From Ignavibacteriota bacterium (GTDB lineage: Bacteria > Bacteroidota > Ignavibacteria > Ignavibacteriales > Melioribacteraceae), in the NCBI GenBank assembly GCA_016716225.1, contig JADJWT010000001.1, positions 1,657,726 to 1,721,725 of the forward strand: DNA of 64,000 bases. Reading direction: 5' to 3'. The notes under the pieces are model-generated. The model had not been told where the DNA came from. It worked only from the letters and a program-made list of their open reading frames with translations, and ran no database searches. Every line of letters begins with the position of its first letter. Position 1 is the first letter of the stretch. The position numbers were made by a program, and so were the translations under genes. Below are positions 8,326 to 16,785 of this stretch, piece by piece.

Positions 8326-10365
8326 ATGAGTAAAATTTTAAAAAATACCGATATTATTTTTGCATTTGGAATAATCTTTATTCTTGGATTAATGGTAATT
8401 CCATTACCGGCATTTCTACTGGACTTTTTCTTAGCATTAAACATTTCATTTGCAATTTTAATTTTAATTGCATCTTTATATATAAACACACCACTGGAAA
8501 TTTCTTCATTTCCCGGATTACTTTTAGTCTTAACAATATTTAGACTTTCATTAAATATTAGCTCAACAAGATTAATTCTAATTGATGGATATGCTGGTGA
8601 GGTAATTGAAACATTTGGAAATTTCGTTGTTGGTGGAAGTTACATTGTTGGATTTATAGTATTCTTAATTTTAATAATTATTCAATTTATGGTAATTGTA
8701 AAGGGTTCCGGAAGAATTTCGGAAGTTGCAGCAAGATTTACTTTGGATGCAATGCCCGGAAAACAAATGGCTATTGATGCGGATTTGAATAGCGGAATTA
8801 TTACCGAAGTAGAAGCAAGATCAAGAAGAAATGACATTGCTCGCGAAGCTGAGTTTTTCGGATCGATGGATGGTGCCTCAAAATTTGTAAAAGGCGATGC
8901 TATTGCAGGATTGATAATTAATGCTATAAATATTGTGGGAGGAATTCTAATTGGTGTATTACAAAAAGGATTAAACGTAGTTGACGCTTTACAAACTTAC
9001 ACAATTTTAACAATTGGTGATGGATTAGTTTCTCAAGTTCCGGCATTGTTAATTGCTACCGCTGCGGGAATGGTTGTAACAAAAAATTCTGGAGGCAAAT
9101 CTTTAGATAGTCAAATGAAAGCACAATTACTTTCAAACCCAAGAGTTTTAGGAACAGTTGCTGGTTCAATTATTCTATTTGCATTAATACCCGGAATGCC
9201 CACAATTCCGTTTTTGATGTTAGGTGGTGGATTAGCAACCACAACATTTTTTGTTAATAAAAATAAGAAAACGGCACAATTATCAGAAAGTAAAGAAGTT
9301 GAAACAGCAAAAGAAGAAAAAGAAGAAAAAGTTGAAGGCTATCTACAAGTTGATCCGGTTGAAGTTGAAATAGGTTATGGACTTATCGCACTTGTAGATG
9401 ATAGTCAAGGCGGAAATTTGTTTCAAAAAATTTCTTCTACAAGAAAATTTGTTGCACTTGAATACGGCGTATTGGTGCCGCCGGTTAGAGTTAGAGATAA
9501 TTTACAACTTAAGCCAAATGAATATATAATAAAAATTAAAGGAAATATTGTTGCACATTATGAAATTTACTCTGATAGATTTTTAGCAATGAATTCCGGA
9601 AATATAACAGAAAAATTAAGCGGTATTCCAACTAAAGATCCTGCTTTTGGTCTTGATGGATTTTGGGTTTCAGATCAAGAAAAGGATAAAGCTGAATTAG
9701 TTGGCTACACAGTTGTTGATGCAGTTTCTGTTTTATCAACACATTTACAAGAAACAATTAAGAAAAATTTTGATAAAATTTTAACACGTCAATCTGTTAA
9801 ACAATTATTGGAAAATCTAAAGCAAGAATATCCGGCAGTTATTGAAGATATAAATCCGGAATCTTTACCAATCGGCACAATTCAAAAAGTATTGCAAAGT
9901 TTATTGAAAGAATTAATACCTATAAAAGACTTAGTTCAGATTTTAGAATCATTAATTGATTATTCAAAAGTTACAAAAAATATTGAAGTACTTACAGAAT
10001 ACGTAAGACATTCGCTTGGTGATACGATTGCAACTTTATATAAAGATCAACACAATATTATTCATTCAGCGGCAATTGGAGAAGGTTTGGAAGAATATAT
10101 TACAAATTCTTTATCTAAACAAGGCGATGCAACTCATACTTTAGGATTAACACCGGATATGTTAAATGCATTAAATAATTCAATAAATAATTTAGTAGGT
10201 AAATTTAGAAAACTTGGTTATCTGCCGATATTTATTACATCGGCAACAATTAGACCGTATTTATTTAGATTAATAAATTCATCTTTCCCGGATGTTGTAA
10301 TTTTATCTTTTACAGAATTGCCGGCAAATATTGAAATTGAATTTATTGGAAAACTTGAGGTTTAA
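8326..10365 (+). CDS. flhA: flagellar export gate protein FlhA
   Basis: 679 aa in length, with the motifs ARFTLDAMPGKQMAIDADLNSG and GSMDGASKFVKGDAIAG. Confidence 0.95.
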   Translation: MSKILKNTDIIFAFGIIFILGLMVIPLPAFLLDFFLALNISFAILILIASLYINTPLEISSFPGLLLVLTIFRLSLNISSTRLILIDGYAGEVIETFGNFVVGGSYIVGFIVFLILIIIQFMVIVKGSGRISEVAARFTLDAMPGKQMAIDADLNSGIITEVEARSRRNDIAREAEFFGSMDGASKFVKGDAIAGLIINAINIVGGILIGVLQKGLNVVDALQTYTILTIGDGLVSQVPALLIATAAGMVVTKNSGGKSLDSQMKAQLLSNPRVLGTVAGSIILFALIPGMPTIPFLMLGGGLATTTFFVNKNKKTAQLSESKEVETAKEEKEEKVEGYLQVDPVEVEIGYGLIALVDDSQGGNLFQKISSTRKFVALEYGVLVPPVRVRDNLQLKPNEYIIKIKGNIVAHYEIYSDRFLAMNSGNITEKLSGIPTKDPAFGLDGFWVSDQEKDKAELVGYTVVDAVSVLSTHLQETIKKNFDKILTRQSVKQLLENLKQEYPAVIEDINPESLPIGTIQKVLQSLLKELIPIKDLVQILESLIDYSKVTKNIEVLTEYVRHSLGDTIATLYKDQHNIIHSAAIGEGLEEYITNSLSKQGDATHTLGLTPDMLNALNNSINNLVGKFRKLGYLPIFITSATIRPYLFRLINSSFPDVVILSFTELPANIEIEFIGKLEV

Positions 10366-10366
10366 A

Positions 10367-11470
10367 ATGCAGATAAAAAAATTTATTGGAACAACTTTAA
10401 AAGATGCAATTGCCCAAATGAAAGGTGACTTTGGCGATGAAGCTATTGTACTTGGCACAAAAGTGATTGAAGATTATTCTAAAGGTGTTGAACAAAAACT
10501 TTTTGAAATTACCGCAAGTTTAGATGAAGATGATAATCACAAAGAAATAAAAGTTGAAATTCCGAAAGTAAAAAGTTTTGATTCTGAAATGAAAAAACTT
10601 ACTGAAAAGATTTATGGAGTTTCAAATAGTCAATCTTATTCAAATTCAAAAATTTCTCAACCACAAAGAAAAACAGTTGATTTAGATAAAATTCAATTTC
10701 AGTCTATTAAAAAAATACTAAGCGAAAAAGATGTTTCCGAAAAAAATATAAATAAAATTCTAAAATTAATTACTCAGTACGAAGCTTTATTTAATGATGA
10801 AAACAAAGATGAATATATTATTTCAACTTTGGCTTCTTTAATTCCAACAAGTGATTTTGAGTTAAATAAAGACGGCGGTCAAAAAGTAATTTCTATTGTT
10901 GGTCCAACCGGCGTTGGAAAAACCACATGCATCGCAAAACTTGCTGTAATTTCCAAAATACTTCACAATTTAAATATTGGATTAATATCAATTGATACTT
11001 ACAGATTAGGGGCTTTAGATCAATTAAAAATATTTTCTGAAATTTCTAATATTGATTTTTTGGTTGCGTATGAACCAAAAGATATTCCAAAGTTTATGAA
11101 AAAGTTTAAAGATAAAGATATTGTATTTATCGATACTGTTGGACGAAGTCAGAATAATGCAAAATTACTTAATTCAATAAATCAATTTTTAAAAACGGTT
11201 AAAATAGATGAAACTTATTTGGTTCTAAACAGCACAAGCGATTATAAAATTATGTTGGATGTTGCAAAAAAATTCAAAGTGTTGAATTATAATGGATTAA
11301 TATTTTCAAAATTGGATGAAGCCGTAACTTTCGGAAATCTGCTGAATCTTGTTGAGGAAATAAAAGTTCCAATAAAATATTTAACAAACGGACAAGTAAT
11401 CCCAGATGATATAATTGCGGCAGATAATGAATTTATTGCAAATATGATTTATACGGGAAAAATAAATTAA
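10367..11470 (+). CDS. flhF: flagellar biosynthesis GTPase FlhF (SRP-type)
   Basis: Contains the P-loop GPTGVGKTT, DTYRLGA, and DTVGRS. I prefer the ATG at 10367, 1 nt after the flhA stop. The track ORF from 10331 overlaps flhA. Confidence 0.88.
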   Translation: MQIKKFIGTTLKDAIAQMKGDFGDEAIVLGTKVIEDYSKGVEQKLFEITASLDEDDNHKEIKVEIPKVKSFDSEMKKLTEKIYGVSNSQSYSNSKISQPQRKTVDLDKIQFQSIKKILSEKDVSEKNINKILKLITQYEALFNDENKDEYIISTLASLIPTSDFELNKDGGQKVISIVGPTGVGKTTCIAKLAVISKILHNLNIGLISIDTYRLGALDQLKIFSEISNIDFLVAYEPKDIPKFMKKFKDKDIVFIDTVGRSQNNAKLLNSINQFLKTVKIDETYLVLNSTSDYKIMLDVAKKFKVLNYNGLIFSKLDEAVTFGNLLNLVEEIKVPIKYLTNGQVIPDDIIAADNEFIANMIYTGKIN

Positions 11471-12285
11471 TGCTTGGACAAGCCAAAAGATTGTATGAGT
11501 TGAGCAATTTATTTCATGCGAAAAATGAAGTAAAAGAATCGACAAAGATAATATCGTTTACCTCCGGCAAAGGCGGAACGGGGAAATCCTTTATTTGCAG
11601 CAATTTGTCATTTCAACTTTCTGAAGAAGGAAAAAAAGTATTGCTTGTTGATCTTGATATTAATTTATCAAATATTGGAGCAATTTTTAATGTACATTCA
11701 AAAAAGAATTTATATCATTATCTAAATTATGATTACGATTTAGATGAAATAATTTTTAATTATTCTGAAAATTTGGATATCATTTTGGGTGAATCCGGAA
11801 GAATTGATCATCCGGAATTTACAGAGGAAAAAATCAATTTATTTTTAAGCGAGTTGAAAATTATTTCTGCAAAATATGATTATGTACTTTTTGATACTTC
11901 TGCTGGAATTAATAAATCAACACTTCAAATTCTTCAAAATTCTAATGAAATTATTATTGTAACTTCATCGGAACCAACTTCGGTAATGGATGGTTACGTA
12001 ATTGTAAAAATGATGAAAAGTTTAGGATTTGAATCCGAGATAAATATTGTTGTAAATAAAACTTTTGAAAAACATGAAGGAATAATTGCATTCGAAAATC
12101 TTCAAAAAGCAGTTGACCATTTCCTAAAAAGTAAAATAAAATACTTAGGCGAAGTTTCATTTTCCAAAGAAGTAATTCAATCTATTAAAGATCAAATTCC
12201 ATTGTGCAAATCGAAAAAAACTTCCGAAATTTCAAATCAACTTCAAGAAATTTCCTCAAAAATTAAAATACAAACAATTGGTTAA
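11470..12285 (+). CDS. flhG: MinD/ParA-type ATPase FlhG (FleN/YlxH)
   Basis: It has the deviant Walker A SGKGGTGKS. It follows flhF with a TAATG overlap. Confidence 0.85.
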   Translation: MLGQAKRLYELSNLFHAKNEVKESTKIISFTSGKGGTGKSFICSNLSFQLSEEGKKVLLVDLDINLSNIGAIFNVHSKKNLYHYLNYDYDLDEIIFNYSENLDIILGESGRIDHPEFTEEKINLFLSELKIISAKYDYVLFDTSAGINKSTLQILQNSNEIIIVTSSEPTSVMDGYVIVKMMKSLGFESEINIVVNKTFEKHEGIIAFENLQKAVDHFLKSKIKYLGEVSFSKEVIQSIKDQIPLCKSKKTSEISNQLQEISSKIKIQTIG

Positions 12286-12355
12286 TAATAACCAATTCGA
12301 CATTCCAAAAAATTAGAAAACAATCCAAAATCAAATTAAAACAGCAAAATAATGT

Positions 12356-12380
12356 TGGTATATTCTTTGAAATTATAAGA
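12356..12380 (+). promoter_or_regulatory. candidate -24/-12-type promoter upstream of the small ORF and fliA
   Basis: TGGTATATTCTTTGAAATTATAAGA has the same spacing as the fliL-upstream site and shares its TTGAAATTATAA block. It ends 15 nt before the ATG at 12396. Confidence 0.3.
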
Positions 12381-12395
12381 ACCGGAGGACATAAA

Positions 12396-12605
12396 ATGAA
12401 CAAAATAATATTAAATATCGGACTGCTATTATTTTTCATCTCGATAATAATATTTAGCCAGCAAGGCATGTTAGTTGAGGATATTTTAGTAAGATCATTC
12501 ATCATATTTTTTGTTGCAACTTTACTATTAACCATTCTTGCCCTCACATTTATAAAAGCCATAAACAAAGCATCAATTGATAAACAAAAAAATTTCTTAA
12601 GCTAA
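12396..12605 (+). CDS. small hydrophobic (2-TM) hypothetical protein
   Basis: A GGAGG RBS lies 7 nt upstream, the gene is co-directional with the operon, and two hydrophobic helices are evident. The competing minus-strand ORF 12263-12568 has no such support. Confidence 0.4.
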   Translation: MNKIILNIGLLLFFISIIIFSQQGMLVEDILVRSFIIFFVATLLLTILALTFIKAINKASIDKQKNFLS

Positions 12606-12624
12606 ACTTTAGGGATACAGTAAT

Positions 12625-13257
12625 ATGGATAATAGTACACTTTGGGCAGAATATAAAACAGAACCATCAAGTGTAGTTAAAAAACAGATAATGGTTAATT
12701 ATACCAATCTAGTTCATTATGTAATCCATAATTCAAAATTTATGAATCTTAATGTTGTTGAAGAAAAGGATTACTTCCAGTTTGGAATTGAAGGATTAAG
12801 CGAAGCAATTGACAGATTCGATCCGGATTTTGGAACCAAATTTGAAACTTATGCAATTCAAAGAATCAGAGGAAAAATTATTGATGAATTGAGAAAACTT
12901 CAAATTAAGCCACGTGCAAATTATCAAAATCAAGATTCCAACAAAGTGATTTATAAAAATGTTTCAATTGACCAGCCTTATGATAACGATGACGGATTTA
13001 CACTTTCGGAAATTATTCCTTCTGAATATGAAACTCCGGATGATGAATTTAATTCCAATGAACAAAAAGAATTGTTAGTTACAGCAATAAAAAATTTATC
13101 AGAAAGAGACCGTTTGATTATTACACTTTATTATTATGAACACATGAATTACAAAGAAATATCGCAAGCATTAGATATTACAGTTTCAAGAGTTTCGCAG
13201 CTACACAGTAAAATTATGAAAGATTTGAAAAAGCAAATTGAACATCAATATGACTAA
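12625..13257 (+). CDS. fliA: flagellar sigma factor FliA (sigma-28/SigD)
   Basis: Region 2 reads FGIEGLSEAIDRFDPDFGTKFETYAIQRIRGKIIDELR. Region 4 reads ERDRLIITLYYYEHMNYKEISQALDITVSRVSQLHSKIMKDLK. Confidence 0.9.
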   Translation: MDNSTLWAEYKTEPSSVVKKQIMVNYTNLVHYVIHNSKFMNLNVVEEKDYFQFGIEGLSEAIDRFDPDFGTKFETYAIQRIRGKIIDELRKLQIKPRANYQNQDSNKVIYKNVSIDQPYDNDDGFTLSEIIPSEYETPDDEFNSNEQKELLVTAIKNLSERDRLIITLYYYEHMNYKEISQALDITVSRVSQLHSKIMKDLKKQIEHQYD

Positions 13258-14131
13258 TTCAGCAACTGAAAATATTGAAGGAAAACAAGAAAGAGTTTAT
13301 AGAATTCTTTCAACTGTTTACAATGTACCGAGCATTCCGCAAGTAATAATGGAAGTTTCTTCAATTATTGATGATCCCAAAACCAGTGCAAATATTCTTG
13401 GAAGAATGATAAGTCATGATCAAGGTTTAGTTACAAAAATTTTAACTGTTGCAAATTCACCATTGCACGGAATACCGAGAAGAGTTTCAACCATTGATTT
13501 TGCAATTGTTGTATTAGGATTTAACCAAGTTAAAAATATAGTATTAGCTTTATCAATGATGGATTCATTAAAAATTACCGGCGATTCTAAGTTTGATCAA
13601 AAGCAATACTGGCTTCACTCAATTTTAACAGCGGCAGCATCTAAAAAAATTGCTGATGATTTGGGATATCAAGCAAGCGGTGAAGTTTTTACAGCTGGAC
13701 TTTTACATGATTTAGGAATTGCTATAATAAACAAATTTTTTACAAAAGAATTCAAAGAAATTTTAGAATCAGTAAAAAAACAAAATTTAACATACTTAGA
13801 AGCTGAAGAACTGCATTTAGGAATCACTCATCAAGAAATAGGAAGATATTTAGTTGATAGATGGAATTTACCGGTAGCAATTGCAGATGTAATTAATTTT
13901 CATCATAAACCATCTTTAGCTGAAAATAACAAGGAGCTTACCGCACTTGTGCATCTTGCTGATTATATGACTAAACAATTAATGATCGGGGATTTTAGTT
14001 GGGATAACACAGCAACATTAGATCCGGCAATAATAGAAATTTTAAGATTAGGAGATTCTGAATATTTAGAGAATTTCATTTTCAGCTATAAAGAATTATT
14101 TCAAGATCAAATCGACTCAATAAATTTATAA
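13250..14131 (+). CDS. HDOD domain-containing signalling protein (paralogue 1)
   Basis: Contains DQGLVTKILTVANSPLHG...STIDFAIVVLGFNQVKN and GLLHDLG...THQEIG, the HDOD/HD-like pattern. I prefer the ATG at 13250 over the TTG at 13238. Confidence 0.8.
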   Translation: MTNSATENIEGKQERVYRILSTVYNVPSIPQVIMEVSSIIDDPKTSANILGRMISHDQGLVTKILTVANSPLHGIPRRVSTIDFAIVVLGFNQVKNIVLALSMMDSLKITGDSKFDQKQYWLHSILTAAASKKIADDLGYQASGEVFTAGLLHDLGIAIINKFFTKEFKEILESVKKQNLTYLEAEELHLGITHQEIGRYLVDRWNLPVAIADVINFHHKPSLAENNKELTALVHLADYMTKQLMIGDFSWDNTATLDPAIIEILRLGDSEYLENFIFSYKELFQDQIDSINL

Positions 14132-14153
14132 CAAACAAAACAGGTGACTAAAA

Positions 14154-15032
14154 ATGGAAGAACAAGTAAAACAAGACAGAAGGAGAAAATCAGAATTAGC
14201 ATTATCTAATGTCTATAATCTGCCCGCAATGTCTGCAACAATGTTAGAAGTTTCAAAACTTCTTGATGATCCGACAACCAATACTGCAGCGCTTAGCAGA
14301 ATGATTGGAAAAGATCAAGGATTATCTACAAAAATTTTATCAATTGCTAATTCACCACTTTACGGATTAACAAGAAAAGTTTCAACAATTGATTTTGCGA
14401 TATTAATAATTGGCTATCAAGATATTAAAAATATTGTTGTTGCATTAACAATGGTTGATTCATTCAAAAACAAATCAGATAAATATCTTGATCAAAAAGA
14501 ATTTTGGGTTCACTCAATGCTTGCAGGAACTGCATGCAAAAGAGTTGCTGAAGATTTGGGATTCAGAATTGGAAGCGAAGCTTTCGTTGCTGGTTTGCTT
14601 CATGATTTAGGTGTTCCGGTTATGCATAAATTTTTTAGAAATGAATTTGAAGCAATTTCTGAAGATATAAAAAATTTAAGTACACCATTGTTAGAAACTG
14701 AAAGAAAATATTTGGGATTGGATCATCAAGAAATTGGAAATTTCCTTGCCAACAAATGGCACTTGCCAGAACATTTATCGAACTGTATTCTTAATCATCA
14801 TCAGCCAAGTTTAGCTGCTGAAAATGATGTGTTAATTTCTATAGTTCATCTTGTTGATTACATGACACAAAAATTAGAAATCGGTACTTTCTATTTAGAT
14901 AAAGGAATCGAACTTGATAAATCAGTATTGGGAACATTGGGAATTTCATCGGATGAAGAATTAAATTCATTTATTGAAAGCTACCGTGAATTATTTACTA
15001 ATGAAGTTAACTCAGATTTATTTATAAAATGA
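14154..15032 (+). CDS. HDOD domain-containing signalling protein (paralogue 2)
   Basis: It is collinear with, and clearly similar to, the preceding ORF: DQGLSTKILSIANSPLYG...STIDFAILIIGYQDIKN and GLLHDLG...DHQEIG. Confidence 0.8.
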   Translation: MEEQVKQDRRRKSELALSNVYNLPAMSATMLEVSKLLDDPTTNTAALSRMIGKDQGLSTKILSIANSPLYGLTRKVSTIDFAILIIGYQDIKNIVVALTMVDSFKNKSDKYLDQKEFWVHSMLAGTACKRVAEDLGFRIGSEAFVAGLLHDLGVPVMHKFFRNEFEAISEDIKNLSTPLLETERKYLGLDHQEIGNFLANKWHLPEHLSNCILNHHQPSLAAENDVLISIVHLVDYMTQKLEIGTFYLDKGIELDKSVLGTLGISSDEELNSFIESYRELFTNEVNSDLFIK

Positions 15033-16324
15033 TCTTACACAAACAAAATACTTTAAAGGTTGAACCATTCTTTAAATCGTTAGGTGAAATATCACTTTAC
15101 AACGAAGAAAAATATCAACCGGAGTTGGTTTCTAATGAATTGAAACAGTTGGAAAAGTATTCTTACTTTATTCAAAATTTAATGGCTTTTGAAAAAGAAA
15201 TCAAAAATGATTTTAATGTAAAAGTACTAATGGAAAAATTTCTTATTTACCTAAAAGGAATTATTCCAGTTAAAACAGTTTCACTTTTATTTTATAATGA
15301 GTTTACGAGAAAGCTTGTTCCGGTTGATGAAGATGAGAATGCAAGTATTGTTAAAAATATGAATCATTTTAATCAACAAGGAATTTTCAATTCAATTTAT
15401 TCTGATAAAAAAATAATGACAGTTCCGGAACTTGAAAGTTATAATGTAAATGGTGCAAAATTATTTTATTTAATTTTTCCGGTTTACGATGAAAAGAAAA
15501 ATTATGGAATTCTTTCAATCCTAACATCAATGAATGAAAAAAACATTAGTGAATTGGAAAAGAAAAACATAAATATGTTTCTGAATTTACTTCTCGGAAA
15601 ACTTGAAAAAATTAAACTCAGTGAAAAGTTAAATGAAACTTATGAAGAGCTTCAAACTTATCAAGCAAAATTATCAAATGATTTCAGGCTATCCGCCATT
15701 GGAGAATTGACAGAAGGAATTGTTGAAGATATTGTAACACCTTTACAAGTAATTACAAGCAATGTTGATATTCTAAAAACTGAATTTAAAAACAGTGCTG
15801 AATTAAACCAGATTAAATCTCAAATAAAAAAAATAAATGTTGTAATTGGCAGACTTGTAAAATTTGCCGATGTTAGTCAAAAAGACGTTAAAATTAAACC
15901 ATGCAATCTCAATGAAATAATTAAAGAATATTTTTATTTAATTAAATCAACTTTAGAGAATGCAAACTTTGAATGTATTCTTGATTTTGAAGAAGATTTA
16001 CCTTCCATACTTAGTCACCCTAATTACATATATCAGTTGTTGACAAATGTTTTCACCGTCATCAAAAGTTATAAAACAAGAAAAGGCGGAATCATTCTTC
16101 AAACAAGATACAAATCAGATAATATAATTTTAAGAGTAATTACAACTAGCGGTATATCCGATAAAGATATTTCCAATAAAGAAGATGTTCAGAAAAATTT
16201 ATCATTAAATATTATTAAGAATTTAATGAAAAAACATGAAGGTAATTTAGAATTTGATTCATTTGAAAATAGCGGTGCGGCTTTGGTATTAAAATTTCCA
16301 CTAAAAAGAAAAATTAGAAAATGA
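15029..16324 (+). CDS. degenerate sensor histidine-kinase-like protein (probable pseudokinase)
   Basis: A coiled-coil plus DHp-like segment reads LSAIGELTEGIVEDIVTPLQVI. A C-terminal HATPase_c-like segment reads ...LLTNVFTVIKSY...ILRVITTSGIS...GNLEFDSFENSGAALVLKFPL. The conserved H, N-box Asn and G1/G2 glycines appear substituted. Confidence 0.65.
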   Translation: MILHKQNTLKVEPFFKSLGEISLYNEEKYQPELVSNELKQLEKYSYFIQNLMAFEKEIKNDFNVKVLMEKFLIYLKGIIPVKTVSLLFYNEFTRKLVPVDEDENASIVKNMNHFNQQGIFNSIYSDKKIMTVPELESYNVNGAKLFYLIFPVYDEKKNYGILSILTSMNEKNISELEKKNINMFLNLLLGKLEKIKLSEKLNETYEELQTYQAKLSNDFRLSAIGELTEGIVEDIVTPLQVITSNVDILKTEFKNSAELNQIKSQIKKINVVIGRLVKFADVSQKDVKIKPCNLNEIIKEYFYLIKSTLENANFECILDFEEDLPSILSHPNYIYQLLTNVFTVIKSYKTRKGGIILQTRYKSDNIILRVITTSGISDKDISNKEDVQKNLSLNIIKNLMKKHEGNLEFDSFENSGAALVLKFPLKRKIRK

Positions 16325-16785
16325 AAAAATTGATTTTAATAATATTTGTTTTAATGAATCTGAATTTGCAATTATTTGCACAAGATGCACCGAAAGTTAA
16401 TTCAAGTAATAAAATAAGCGAGTTAAATTCTCTTAATCAACCAATAATTTCATACAGTACAGAAAAACTTTTAACAAACAGTATTATAATTATTGAATTT
16501 TTGCTTTTAGTTATGATTTTATTTTATTGGAAAAAATCACGTAACAATTCCAGAAATAATTATAATAAAAATTTTAAGAAAAATATTGAAGCACTCAGAA
16601 ATGAAAAACTAACTTTTACAAAAAATAAAATTGAAAGAAAAAAAATAAAATTATTTGCAAAAGTTATTAAGGGAGTTGAATTAGATTCTGCAATAGTAAA
16701 CAAGAAAGCACGTGAATTAAATATTGGTAAAGGTGAAATATTATTGGCGGCAAGAATTCATAAATTATCTCAGCAAATAGGATGA
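16321..16785 (+). CDS. hypothetical membrane-anchored protein
   Basis: It has a signal-like N-terminus, one internal TM helix (IIIIEFLLLVMILFYW) and a Lys/Asn-rich tail. ATGA overlaps at both ends suggest translational coupling within the operon. Confidence 0.5.
   Translation: MKKLILIIFVLMNLNLQLFAQDAPKVNSSNKISELNSLNQPIISYSTEKLLTNSIIIIEFLLLVMILFYWKKSRNNSRNNYNKNFKKNIEALRNEKLTFTKNKIERKKIKLFAKVIKGVELDSAIVNKKARELNIGKGEILLAARIHKLSQQIG

Noticed and set aside
10452-10467. TGGCAC hexamers (10452, 28885, 43765, 43988 and others) considered as sigma-54 -24 elements.
   Set aside because: None has a TTGC/TTGA -12 element at the correct spacing, and all are intragenic.
12263-12568. 101-aa minus-strand ORF in the flhG-fliA gap.
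   Set aside because: It runs against the operon direction, overlaps the flhG 3' end and has no RBS. The plus-strand 69-aa ORF has a GGAGG RBS and a promoter-like motif upstream.
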